A stretch of 64,000 bases of DNA. Origin: the human T2T-CHM13v2.0 reference genome, Homo sapiens. The stretch lies in assembly GCF_009914755.1 (NCBI RefSeq), contig NC_060930.1, one strand, 5' to 3'. The notes beneath the pieces are model-generated. The model was not told where the DNA came from and did no database searches. It saw only the letters and a program-made list of their open reading frames with translations. Position numbers and translations under genes: made by a program. Below are positions 1-15,675 of the stretch, piece after piece (the first letter of the stretch is position 1; each line of letters starts with the position of its first letter).

Positions 1-1410
1 AGTGGTTAAAAGTTGTTTCTGCTGCCAAAGGCAAGTAGAAAATACACTGTGATCAGAAATGTCTAGAAGATTGTAGAAGGACTCTTAGCTTTGGAAAGGA
101 ACAAGTAACGTTATTTCAACATGACACTTTTATATTTCATCTTCAGATCTAATTCATAGTTTTCAAAACTCCCACTTTTTTCAGGGTGCCATGTGTTTCC
201 AAGTATAAACAAGGGAAGGAAAGTGTGCTCTCTCACAGCTTCCATGTGTTGACACTCTCAATTCAGACTTACACTGGACTCAAAGAGTGGAATTGATATT
301 CCACTTAGGTTGGAGGTCACTGGCACCTGCCAGGACAAACACTGCTATTGCACTGTGTCTTTTGAAATCTAATAAAGGAAAACTCTCTGAGTGCACATTG
401 GTGGCCGCAACACAATAAGTGAGGCCCCCCAATAAGCTTAAGCTTCTTCTCAACCTTCCTTTGGAGCAGAACCATGTATTGGCCTCAGGGAGTGTAATGA
501 AACTCTTGAAATGTATGTAAAACTCTACATAACAGGGTAGGGCAAGAATTCTATGAGATGCCAACTGAGGTAGCTACTTAAAATTTATTCTAGCCTCTTC
601 CATATCTTAGAGGTGGTGCTCAAATGTTGTACTGCAACATTTTTTTTTCTATTTTGTGGCAAATCATGCGTGTGTCTTCCCTCAGTTACACGAACATAGG
701 AGAAGGTAGGAGGATGGGAAAGGTGCAATAGAAATTTCAATAACTCTGAAATCTGTCACTTACTGAGATTTTGTTCATGCAAAGCCAGTTGCAGGGAAGC
801 ATAGATCAATCTGCAAATTGAGTTAGCTGCCCACTTAACAGCCATTCCCCCAGTTGCAAGTATCAGAAGCAATTCAAGCAGTAAATAGAGAAAGTTTATT
901 TAAAAGATGTTCAGAAGTTCATAGAACAATTGGGAATCCTGGAGAACAAAGATCAAGGCTAAGCCTCCAGAAAATATACTAAAAATCAAGACATACAAAC
1001 ATATGAAAAATATAAATATATGTACCTTGTTTTATAGATTTAACTTTAAAACAGTGTAAATATGTTACATAATTATAAACAGTAAAAATTTTGAAAGCCA
1101 TCTCTAAAAACTGAAAGCAAAATGAAACAAAGGAACACAATAGTATATCAAGTTGGAAGTGTAACCACACAAAAGAGGAATTATTTCAAATAGCTTAAAA
1201 TCACATTAACTTGACTATACATGACTAGTGGGTACACCCTAAAGACCAAGAAAAACTGATTATAAGCTGTTTTCGGTAATCATGCCTTGGCACTTGTATT
1301 GGTATTTTTTTTTTTTTGAGAATGTTGCATGTGTACTAAATGGGTAATTATGTTGATGCTGGAAAACGGTATTTTAGTTGTGGGAAAGAGCATATACAAA
1401 TGCACAGTTT

Positions 1411-1680
<270 letters not shown>

Positions 1681-1981
1681 AATTGAAAAGGTAAATGTGA
1701 GTTGGAAATAACATTATGAACATATGATTTATTTTCAATATATATTACTTTAACTACTAAAAAGGCCTAGAAACAATGAGCACTCCTAGAACCCAGATTA
1801 TTATTTCTAAATACTATTTCCAAAGGAACCAACTCTCCTTGGAGAAATGACTGATTTCCTGTCTAGAGCAAGAAGTGAATAAAATGAACCTGAGACATCC
1901 TGCACATTAGAAATAAAAGGAGCTATTAAAGATTATTGTTGTCATGTCAAAGGAGTCAGGAATCATCATGAAAATGTTCCT

Positions 1982-2316
<335 letters not shown>

Positions 2317-2970
2317 TTAATATGAATAATATTTGTAAAGGATTGAAACACTGCAAATATATTTAAAATCGTGAATTTGTAATGATACAAAAACACAACC
2401 ATGGGACCACCATTGGAAGATGCTCAGTGAACTACCAAAATTTTGAAAACTGGTGCATAAGAGAACAAAGCCAGGTATTCATCCTGTCTTTATTGTCTGA
2501 AATATATCTCAGGATAATCATATAGTTGATGAGTTTTTTACAGACATATTTGACTGCTACGTAGAAAAGGAATGGAAGATTTGGATTACTATTAGATGAA
2601 TGTTATTATTAGGTTATTTAACATTTCTGTGTCTTTACTTAAGTTTTAACTGTTGCATCCATCATAGCCTAAGTAGGTGCATTACAGTTGTCTACCTCTA
2701 GTGTGTTTCTGTTTCTGCTTGCGTCTTCTGTTTCTTTTATGATTGTTGTTATATCATTTGGTTCATAAGTATTCCTAATATATTTAGTGTGATGTGCACC
2801 CCATAGTATTGTAAACTGCCCTTTATTGTGGCATTTATTTTTGGCTAGCTTTCAACCTTGCTGATATTAAGATTCATACATCTGCTTTCCCTTTGATAGC
2901 ATTTGTCTGGTATACTTTTGATCACCCTGTTATTTTGAACTGTTCTGAATCATTTCATTTTTAAGTGTTT

Positions 2971-2973
<3 letters not shown>

Positions 2974-3007
<34 letters not shown>
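2974..3007. repeat. (TG)n microsatellite
   Basis: About 16 consecutive GT units. Confidence 0.97.
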
Positions 3008-3008
<1 letters not shown>

Positions 3009-5229
3009 CCAATCTGAAAAGTTTGTTTTGTTTGCTTCTTTGCCTTTATTAACAAAAAGTCACTCACAGCATTTCAACATTGTTCAAACACACAAATCAC
3101 AGCCAATGGCCCCAACAAATAACCACTTAATGTCTAGATCAAAACCATGCTGCAGGGAGCAGTGTTCCTCTGGTTCTGTTCCTTGAGCATCTCAGTTTCT
3201 TCTTTTCTTGTATCTCACTAACTCCCCTGAGAGTTATAAAATGTGCAGAAACAAAATCACCCTAGAGGAGTCACCCTACTTTGTTAACAAGGAAGAGTAT
3301 TTGATGCCTGAGAAACAAATAGAAGTGCACTGCTTGTTGCCACCCCAGGGATGCCAGTCTACTCACTACACTTGTCTGTTCAATCCTCAGCCTGTCCATC
3401 CCCTAGGTCCTTGCAAGGCCTCAGGAGAAAGAAAAAAGCAAGGAAGACGCTCCAAGCATGGCAGTATCTGGCACTGGGGGAATTAGTGCTGACCGAAACC
3501 ATGGGCAGAACTCTGCAGTAATAAGGCAGGCTCTCCTTGAGGGTAGAAGGAAGGAACGGAGAGAAGGTTTCAAGAAAGGATCTATGCTCCATTTATAAGC
3601 AGTTTGGCTAAGATGCCACCTAGAAACCTTAACAATGAATCCTGCTCTTATTCCTGGAGCTCTAGGAAATGTTAAATTAATAATTAGGTGGCAATCAGAT
3701 GTAAAACTTGATTAAAACCAGGCCTCAAGGGCAGAAATATCATCTGTGTTTGTCTCACCGAGCGTCTGGTATGGGGCTCAATATCACTTTTAAAGAATAA
3801 AATTTATCCATGAGATAATCATTTGGAAATCCACCCTTCCAGAACACCTCTCTCTTTCCTGGAAAACTTGGTAATACAGCTTAGGAAGGACCAGTGGCAT
3901 GCCCCATAGATATGAACTTGGGCCATGTTGGGTATCAGAAATTCCCAGGAAAGGAAATAAAAGGGCTGGGACCTAAACAATTAGCATGAACTGGACACAA
4001 TGTCCTGATTTTAGCTCCTCTTTGTCTTCATGAGTCTAATATGACTTACCCTAATTGGCCAAAGAGTATCTCTTTTACACCTATTGTCTTAATCTAGTAA
4101 AAATGGCTTTCTGTTAATTTTGTTTTTATTTTTTTTCTTGAATACATCCAAAGCCTCATTTCTGAAAAGAAATGGTGTCTGGGAGCTTAGAAGGGAGAAG
4201 CAATGGGTGCTTTCACTGTAATTATCTTAACGTTTTGCAGCTATGAACATTCTGAGTGCTGGCTAGAGTTTTAAAACTCCAGCATCTGTACTTACGGCAG
4301 CTTGTATACATGTATTTATCAACATCTGCATCCCACGGTGTATGCTTTTATTCTATTATACAGAATTAAGGAAACAAGGAATGAAAGTAAGAAGCCAATA
4401 GAAGAGACAGACTAACTGGGGCATAGCAATATGATAAGCTCAAAAGATATTTACAGTCTGTACTATCTAAAAATTACACTCCAGACCCACCTAGTAAGCA
4501 ATGAGCTATGGGACACAAAGAATGGTAGGTTTGAAGGCACCCAGGATGATCAGTGTTAGGGTAAGTTCTTTATCAAAAGAGCCTTTCCAGAGAAGTTATA
4601 TTTCTGAGTAGAACGTGACATAATACTGAAGGTTATCCAGGGAAAAACAAAAAAAAGCAAGACTCTAGCCATTTAGAGTTCCAAAATAGTCTCACTGAGA
4701 CCCACACGCTCTGAGGAAGTCCAGATACAAGCTTTATGGTAACAACCTAAAGGAGGGCTCCCCATTTACAGCATCCAACCCTGATCAATCACAGAGTTTG
4801 ATGCTAAACAACACGGTGCTCCCAGGGATGAAGTAATAGGAAATATGCGGGAATGGAGAGGCACAGGAGCCCCCAGATAGCTCTGCAACAGTTACATACA
4901 GCTATGGGTGTAGACTGGAATCACCAACATTACAGTGAGACAGGTTTGGCTGAGATTAGAAACCAAAAAGAGGCATAAGCACAGCACATTGAATAAAGGT
5001 ATTTCTAAAGACAGTCACAAAAGTACCATTATTTTTGGACACTGCATTTGACATCTTCCAAAGCTTTCCCCCTCCTATTCTACGTTATCAAAACAGGGTC
5101 TACCAGGCGCCCTTATTCTTTTGCCCTAGTGCTAAAGGACTAGGAAGAGAAGAGGTGAAGAAAAGCAGTAGAAGCAGTTATGCCTACTAAATAGTAGTCT
5201 CCCCCATTTTATATGTTTATTGGAATAGA

Positions 5230-7165
5230 TTTCACATAACATGAAATTTACCCATTGAAGTTTACAGTATATTGATTTTTAGTATATTTCCAGAGATGTG
5301 CAACTATCACCTCAATTTAAGACTAGTTATATTACCCCAAAAAGAAACTGCATAGACATTAGCAGTCACTCTCCATTCCACCCTCACCCATTGTTCTATC
5401 ATCTCCCCAAGCAACCACTAATCTGCCCTTTGTCTCTTTCGATGTGCATATTCTGGACATTTCATATGAATGGCATTGTACAATATGTGGTCCTTTGTGT
5501 CTGCCATCTTTCTCCTAACATAATGGTTTTAAGGTTCATTCATATTATAGCATGGATAAGTACTTCATTCTTTTCTATGACCACATAATATTCCATCGTA
5601 TTAACATACCACATTTTGTTTATATCCATTTATCTGTTGATGGATTTGGGTTTTTTCTACTTCTGGGCTCTTATGAATACTGCTGCTACAAACATGCATG
5701 TACAAATTTTTATGTAGACATATGTTTTCATTTCTCTTGTGTATATACTTAGCAGTGGTATTGCTGGGTAATATGATAACCCTGTTTCATCTTTTGAGGA
5801 AATGTCAGTTTTCTAAAACAGCAGAAACATTTTATATTCCCAACAGCAGTGAATGCAGGTTTGAATTTCTCCACATTCTTGCCAATACTTGCTATTATCT
5901 GTCTTTTTGATTATAGCCATCCAAGTGGGCATAAAGTGGTATCTTATTGTGGTTTTGAGTTGCATTTCCATTATGGATAGAGACACATCTCTGTATGCAT
6001 CTATGGGCCATTTGCATATCTTTGGAGAAATGTCTGTTTAAACTCTTTGCCCTTTTAAAATTTTGGTTATTTGTCTTACACTCTTGAGTTGTAAGAGTTA
6101 TTTATACATTCTTGATTCTATATCTTTTCAACCTTCTTGATAGTGTTCTTTGAAGCACAGATGTTTTAAATTTTGATGAAGTCTAATTTATCTAGTTTTT
6201 TTCTTTGGTTGAGTATGTTTTTGGTGTCATATTGAAGAAACCATTGAATAATGCAAGGACACAAATTTTTCGTCTGTTTTTTTCTAAAACTTTTATAATG
6301 ATAACCCTTATATTTAGGTCTTTTATCTATGTCAGATAATTTTTGTATATGAGGTGAGGAAAAAATGGAATTTCATTCTTTAGCATTGGATGTTGGTCCA
6401 GCACAATTTGTTGAAAGATTATTATTTCCCTGATTGAATGGGCTTAGCATACTTGTCCAAAATCACTTAATCCTAGAGGTGAAGATTTCTTTCTAGGCTT
6501 TCAAGTTTATTTCATTGATCTATACTTGTGCCAGTACCATACAATCTAGATTTCTGTAGCTTCGTAGCAAGTTTTGAAATAGGAAGGTATGAGTCCTCCA
6601 ACTTTGTTCTTATTTTTCAAGATTGTTTTGGCTATTCTGGGTCTCTTGTGTAATTGTTAAGAAAATAATACAGAATAATCTGATCCTGAGGGTTCTACAG
6701 ATGTGTTAGGTCTAGTGAGTTTATAGCATTGTTTAAGTCCTCTTTTTTTTTTATTGAACTTCTGTTTAGATGTTCTATTCCTTGTTGAAAGTGGGCTATT
6801 GAAGGCTCCATTATTGTTGTCTTCTTCTCTCTTCAGTTCTGTCTGTTTTCACTTCATGTGTTTTGGGCTCTGTTGTTTCATGCATATATATTTATAATTA
6901 TTATATCTTCTTGACATTTTGACCCTTTCATTATAAAATGTCCTTGCCTAATTCTAGTAACAACTTGTGTCTTAAAGCCTATTTTTCTGATATTAACATA
7001 GCCACCCCAGCTCTCCTTGATTACTGATTTTGAAGGGTATATATATCTTTTTCTATCCTTTCACTTCCAACTTATTTGCATTTTGGATCTAAAGTGAGTC
7101 TTGTATAGACAGCATATAATTAGAGTAAGCTTTTTTCTCTATTTTAACAGTCTTTGCTTTCCTTT
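5230..7165 (-). mobile_element. Old L1M (L1MB/MC-like) 3' end and ORF2 fragments
   Basis: Antisense L1 motifs such as TTTGGAGAAATGTCTGTT, GTGCCAGTACCATAC, TTGTTTTGGCTATTCTGGGTCTC, AAGTGAGTCTTGTATAGACAGCATATA. Confidence 0.8.
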
Positions 7166-7169
7166 ACAT

Positions 7170-8180
7170 CTCATTTTTTTTCTTCCTGAAATAGATATTT
7201 GTTCATAAGAAATATGGGTACACTATCTTTTATTCAAAACTTTAGTTTAATTACAGAGAGAGAAAAAGAAAGAGTAAACCAAGTAGCTGCAAATAGCTCA
7301 CTGGGGGGTGAAAACAAGGCAAATCACTTGGCCAAATCTTGCCCTCGTCTGATTTAAATTTCCGTAAAAACTTCAACTGACAAACTAAACCAGCTGCTGG
7401 TGTAAAGCTTTGTTACAACACTAGCTAAGAAAACACAAGTAGAAACTTGAAAGGGTTTCTGCCGCCTGAAGTGTCGTTTGTTTTTGGTTTCCTGGATTTG
7501 GGTTGGAATTCCTTTGTGGCAACCAAAACAGCTGTCCACTGGTAGGCTTAGCTTCAACTATTAATTCAGCTGTGGCACAGGAGCAAGCTTCAGAGATGCG
7601 CTCTGTGGAAGGGTTCTCTCGATCCCTGGAATTTTGGTGTTACATTCTCAGTCTATATTGGGTATCTGCTCTCCTGAAGAATCTTTGCTTTTTGGTAGGT
7701 TTTAAGACGATGACATTGGTAAAATTATTTTAGTCATAATTTCCATACTTACAGAAAACGCCATTCTTGATTAGCTGTTTACATTTCCAGTAATCAGACA
7801 GGTGAAGGCCATCTGGGTCAGGTTTTTTCCATGCCTCTGCAGGATTCTGTGTACATACTTTACACAACCTAGTGAAGTTCAGTTCATATTGTGCTGTATC
7901 CTTTCCTTAGCAATTGCGCAGGAGATGCAGTGTTATAAAACTTCACTACTTCCAGCACATCCTTTTCTGGGAACTCTTTATTAGTGACAAGTTTCCTGTG
8001 GTAGAAGTAATTTGAAATAAGACAAAAATAAGTGAGCTCTTTTTCTTATCCTTGTGTGAGTCCAGCTCTGGCTTCTCTCGGAGGCAGAAAGAATAGAGGA
8101 AAACTTCAAGTTCTTGTGAGTCTGGGTGCAGTCCTTGTTTAGTTGGAACCAGTGGGCTACAACCATCTTGAGCTACTACC
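7170..8180 (-). pseudogene. Candidate processed retrocopy of an unidentified transcript (tentative)
   Basis: More GC/CpG-rich ~1 kb block interrupting L1M; minus strand starts CAAGATGG (ATG at 8166), has protein-like broken frames, AATAAA (TTTATT 7229-7234) and a short A remnant (T8 at 7174-7181); no TSD or parent gene recognised. Confidence 0.35.
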
Positions 8181-8786
8181 TAAAATTCTTTTTCAATAGA
8201 TGAGCTTACATTTATTGATATGATAATATCTTTAATTCTAGGTATTTACCTTGTGTGTTATTTTGAATATTTTAGGGCTTAAAAATCATTAACAATGTGA
8301 TCCATTTTCTTGTCTTATTTGCAGAAGTCTTCTGACAGTTAAGAGAACTTGCATTTTTCTATAATTTTATAAATATAACTCAACAATGCTATATTTATAG
8401 AATATAAGATTTTAAATATGTGTTATATGTATAATTTTATATTCTCACCTTTTAAAGTAAATATCAATGCTTTCTATTTTAAGAAATAAATTAGTGTAAT
8501 ATTTCCTTCTATTTCTTCCTTGCCACCAAATTAAAATTATTATTTTTTTTTGGTGGAGGGGGGTATATCTTTGTACTAATAAATGTGCTTATACCTCTTT
8601 TATGTGATTTTTCATCATTAAATAATGTTATTTACCCCTTACCTCTCCTCCTGTTATTAGTGTATCTTCATTGTTAGGGTATATAACATTTAAATTCTCT
8701 CCTGTTACTGTATTGCTCATGTTTGTTTTGGTCTGAGGTCTGTAATTAGATACATTCAAAATGTCCCAGTAAGCATTTTGCTGTAG

Positions 8787-9410
<624 letters not shown>

Positions 9411-9499
9411 GTATTGAATACTGCTGTGAAGAGTTTGAAGCCAGCCTGATTTTTCCTCCTTATACATAACTGGATAGTTTTGCTTTGTTTCTCAGATGA

Positions 9500-10910
<1,411 letters not shown>

Positions 10911-11769
10911 AATCATGAGAACAAGCAAAAGCACCAAATAGATAAAGATGCACACTGGAAAGATAGAAAGGGTTTGGACTCTTGATTTCATTGATGAGCT
11001 GCTTAATTAATTGTGGAACTCCAGGCTTCTTGTATTTTAGCACAAGTTAGATATGAGATCTTCATATCAGATTCTCTTCTGCAACTAGGACTTTTATAAC
11101 ATAGAATGATTTGCTATTTTACCTAGTTATATGCCCTTTCTATTGGAATCTGAGACGACCACATGTAATTGTACTCCAAGGAGCTTTCAAGACCAGTGAC
11201 CACTGTGCACTAAATCTTGACTATTTTCTGCCATGTAAAAATAAAATACTTTTTAAAATTCATAACCATTATCATTCTTTGTAGAATATTTCCTTGACTG
11301 CTATGATTCTTCTTGGAAGCAATTTTTTTTCTTTTGCTCAGAGGTCTCTCTAATTTGTATTGCTGCATGTCATTCCACTTTTTAGCTAGGAGAGTCTTTG
11401 TCCTCTTACTTGTCTGTTTATGACTACATGCTTTGTCAATATGCAGTCCTCTCCCAATGCTCATGGAAACAGATGTTGTTGCCTAAGCTCTTTCTCCAAT
11501 AAAAGAAATGAAACAGAATTGACATAAAAAATAAAACATTTTATGGTTTCAAACTTATTTTAAACATCAAACCCAGATGTTCCAGCTTAACCAGATACCA
11601 TTAAATGGATGAGTTTAATTTTCTATCACTTTGTGAGACATTTTATTCAGTTTTCTGAAATGGCATGAAATAAGGGTTATTTTACAAGTAACCCCAAATC
11701 ACTATTTAGCTATCTCAGATTCTTTTGGAAATAGTTGCTGTGTAAGTAACTCTCTAAAAATATTTTCTG

Positions 11770-12150
11770 TGTCCTTGCTAACTGAATTGTGTCCCCAACT
11801 CCAAATTAATATGTAGAGGCCTTAACCCCCAATATGACTATGTCTGGAGAAGAGTTCTTTAAGAGACAATTAAGCCTTAGTAAAGACTAAGGTTGGGGTC
11901 CTAATCTGATAAGACTGTTGCCTTATAATAAGGGAAAGATCTCTCTCTGTCTCTCTCTCTCTCTCTCCTTATAAGGACAGAGGAATAAGGGAGCCATCTG
12001 CAAGACAGAAAGAAGGCCCTCATCAGAAACTGAATTGGCCAGCACCTTGATCTTGGACTTCCCAGCCTTCAGAGTTGTGAGAAAATAAAATTCTGTTTTT
12101 AAGTTACCCAGCCTTATATTTTGTTATGGCAGACCAAAAAGACTAAGACA
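11770..12150 (+). mobile_element. MaLR LTR (MLT1A/B-like)
   Basis: TGAATTGTGTCCCC...CAGCACCTTGATCTTGGACTTCCCAGCC...TTTTGTTATGGCAG...GACTAAGACA. Confidence 0.85.
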
Positions 12151-12469
12151 GTCCTGGTGTACAAGTCTTTTAGTCTCATGACTGCATTGACCTGATTTAA
12201 GGCATTTTAGTAATAACAGAGAAATTGGTTTCATATAGTAGTTGTCATTCATTTCATTTATTTTTAAAATTAGAAGAATAATTTCACTCCTGACAGTATA
12301 AGAAAACCCATAAGTCAGGGACCTTTAATTCCCTATCCCTCAATTACTATTCTGAATACATCTCAATGCCAACTCTCCTCTCTAGATCAAACTTTCTGGT
12401 ACTTATTCATATCTAATTTACTCAAAATGTTATAGAAATATTGTTTTAATTTTTAGAAAAATCTTATTG

Positions 12470-13550
12470 ACAAGCAATTTTTAATTGAAATTATAATGGA
12501 CACACAGCAAAATGTACAAATTTTAAGTATACAACTTGATGAATTTAATATAAATATATACACCCAGCAAATAAACAATAAGATGAGGTTATAGAACATT
12601 TCTAACTATCTAGGAAATTCCTTTCTGCCCCTTCCTGCTGGTACTCTGAAGGTAAACACTATTCTGTCTTGTATTTCCATAGATTAGTTTTGTCTCTTCT
12701 TAAGGCAAAAATGGAAGTATACGATCCATGCACTTATATCTGTGACATCTGTTATTGCTTGTAGCAACATATGTTTCTGTTTGTTCATGTTCATACAATA
12801 CATGTTATTGTACATCATATTGGAGTAGTTTTTTCTTTTTAATTATTGTGAGTGTTCCGTGGAATAAATATATAACTATTTATTTTTACATTCTACTATA
12901 AATGGGCATGTTTTGACTATTATCAATAAGCTGTTTTGAACATTCTTGTATGTATCTTTTGATCTATTATGTTTGATATAAATATAGTCATGCCAGCTTT
13001 CGTATTCTTATTGTTTTAATGGCATATTGTTTTCTCTCCTTTTACATTCTACCTATCTCTCCCTGAATATTTAAAGTTGGTTTCTTGTAGAGAGCACATG
13101 GTAGCTCTTGCTTTTTTATCCAGCCTGAGAATCTCTGTCTTTTAATTGAAGTGTCTAGTCTATTTACATTTATGTAATTATTGATAGGGATGATTTAAAT
13201 CTGCCATTTGCTAATTGTTGTCCATTTGTCCCTTCTGTTCTTTGTGTATTTCCAGTCTTATTTTGGGTTTATCAACTAGTTAAAATTAACATTATTGAGG
13301 TAAAATCGGACACACATATTTAAAGTGCACAATTTGATAAGTTTTGACATATGAATAGTCCTGTGAAATTATCACAACAATCAAGATAATGAACCTAACT
13401 ATCACACACAAAAGAGTCTTTATGCTCCTTCATAATCCTTCTATTTGGAACCTTCTCACCTCCTTATCACCCAGCAACCACTCATCTACTTTCTTTCACT
13501 GTAGATTAGCTTTCATTTTTTAGAATTTCTATATAAATATACTTTTAGAA
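12470..13550 (-). mobile_element. Old L1ME/MC fragments
   Basis: L1M 3' motifs (AAATTTTAAGTATACAAC, TAGATTAGTTTTG) and ORF2 motif TTTCTTGTAGAGAGCACATGGTAG. Confidence 0.6.
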
Positions 13551-13961
13551 TTTTATTTTGGGAAGATTTTTTTAAATTAGGGATTGTTGTGGTTATATCC
13601 CACAGATTTGATGTTACCTTTTGATTATCATTTAGTTCAAATTTCTTTAAAATTTGGGGCAATTTGGGAGATTTTAGTGATTTTAGCAAGTAGATTATTA
13701 ATAGTACTGAATAAGAGTAAACAGGAACTGAGGAAGTGGGAACAATTAGTGAGATCTACCATTTTATGACTTTTACAGTGGAAACAAAGGAAAGATATGA
13801 AGTAAGTTAGAAGAGAAATAGAGAGGAGGTGAGCTGGCCTAGCCCATACAGGTTGGTTATAGGTTCATGATGAGAGAGGATTAAGGAGAAATCTCAGTCT
13901 TAGGTTACTTTCCCAAAGGTTTTCTATTTAGCCAGTAATAGCAGAGCAAAGAAACCCTTAA

Positions 13962-14372
13962 GTTTTAGTCTGTTTTATGCTGCTATAAAGGAATATTGAG
14001 GCTGAGTAATTTATTTTTTAAAAAAGGTTTATTTGGCTTATGATTCTGATGGTTAGAAAGTTCAAAATTGGGCATCTGCATCTGGTGAGAGGGCCTGAGG
14101 CTCCTTCCACTCACTGTAGAGGGCAAAGGGGAGCTGATGTGTGCAGTGATCACATGGTGAGAGAGAAAGCAAGAGCGTGGAGCTCTTTTTAACAATCAGT
14201 TCTCTTGGGAATGAATGCAGTGAGAACTCACTCACCTGAGTGAGGATATTAATTTTTCATGAGTGATCAGCCTCCATGATCCAAACATCTCCCATTAGGC
14301 CCCATCTTCAACATTGGGAATAAAATTTCAGCATGAGATTTGGAAGGGACAAACATTCAAACCATAGAAACA
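13962..14372 (-). mobile_element. MaLR LTR (MSTB/MSTC-like)
   Basis: TAGTCTGTTT..TGCTGCTATAAAGGAATA...CTCCCATTAGGCCCC...AAACATTCAAACCATAG. Confidence 0.85.
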
Positions 14373-14484
14373 CATAAATGATCAAAAGATACAGTGAATA
14401 GAAACAGGCCCTTTACCATTGTCTCAGTACCCGATTTAGAGGAAAAGGCCTGCCAGGTCAGAGGAGCACAAAACCTGGACTCAA

Positions 14485-14866
14485 TGTATTTTTTTTAACA
14501 AAACTTTTTATTTTGAGATAACTGTGCACTCATGTGCAAAGTTATAGGAAGTAACACAGAGAGAGCCTGCCTATCCTTTACCCAGATTCCTCTAGTGATA
14601 ACATCTCACAAAACTTTAGTACAATGCTAAAAACAAGATATTGACATTAACTTAATCCACTGAAATTGTTCAATTTTTTTTTGTTTTACTTGTGCTCATT
14701 TGTGTGCTGCATTTAGTTCTCTGCAATTTTATCACGTGTTTCAGGTATCTACCACAGTCAAGATAAGAATAAGTACATCATCACAAGGATTCTTCAGTTT
14801 TTTGGCCATTTTCTAATTAGTCTTTTGAACTATTGAGTTCTTAGAGTCCTTTCTATATCATAGATA
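14485..14866 (-). mobile_element. Old L1M, left part (resumes at 23647)
   Basis: TTGAGTTCTTAGAGTCCTTTCTATATCATAGATA joins CTATTCCTTTGTCAGATATGTG after the Tigger3, restoring a continuous antisense L1 motif. Confidence 0.75.
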
Positions 14867-14916
14867 CAGTCACATACTGCATAATAATGTTTTGTTCAAC
14901 AATGGACTACATATAG

Positions 14917-15404
14917 TGAGAGAATAGAGACAGACCCTCTCATATTGTTTTATACTCAGAAAAGGAAAGAGAAGTGAAACTAAAGGCAGGTAGCCCGGTG
15001 CCTAGGAACCAGACCCAAAACCAAGGAACCAGACCTGAAACCAGGCCTGGGCCTGCCTGACCTAAGCCTGGTGGTTAAAATTCAACCCCAGACCTAGCAA
15101 CTGATGTTATCTATAGATTCCAGACATTGTATAGAAAGACATTGTGAAACTTCCTGGTCTGTTCTGTTTCACTCTGACCACCAGTGCATGCAGCCCCTGT
15201 CACGTACCTCTTGCTTGCTCAGTTGATCACGACCCTCTCTCACGGACCCCCATAGAGTTGTGAGCCCTTAAAAGGGACAAGAATTGCTCACTTGGGGAGC
15301 TTGGCTCTTGAGACAGGAGTCTTGCCAATGCTCCCGGCTGAATAAACCCCTTCCTTCTTTAACTCAGTGTCTGAGGAGTTTTGTCTGCAGCTGGCCCTGC
15401 TACA
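14917..15404 (+). repeat. 5' LTR (LTR2 family, LTR2B/2C-like), 488 bp
   Basis: TGAGAGAA...CCTGCTACA; TATA-like CCTTAAAA near 15266-15273; AATAAA 15341-15346; homologous to 22298-22764. Confidence 0.95.
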
Positions 15405-15409
15405 TTTCT

Positions 15410-15427
15410 TGGTTCCCTGACCGGGAA
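15410..15427 (+). promoter_or_regulatory. Primer-binding site for tRNA-Glu
   Basis: TGGTTCCCTGACCGGGAA is the complement of the 3' 18 nt of tRNA-Glu(CTC); starts after a 5 nt spacer following the LTR. Confidence 0.93.
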
Positions 15428-15666
15428 GCAAGGTGATTGGCGAATGGTCGAGGCAGCTCCTTAGGTGACTTAAGCCTGCCCTGTGGAACATCCCTGCAGG
15501 GGACTCCAACCAGCCCAAGCCATGCGGATCCTGAGAGCACTCCCGGGTAGGCATTTGCCCAGTGAGACGCCTCACCAGAGCAGTGTGTGGCAGCCCCCTG
15601 TGGAGGATCAACGCAGTGGCTGAACACCGGGAAGGAACTGGTACTTGGAGTCTGGACATCTGAAAC

Positions 15667-15675
15667 TTGGTAAGA
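15667..15675 (+). promoter_or_regulatory. Putative major splice donor of the ERV leader
   Basis: TTG|GTAAGA about 265 nt downstream of the 5' LTR, the expected position in HERV-E-like leaders. Confidence 0.65.
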
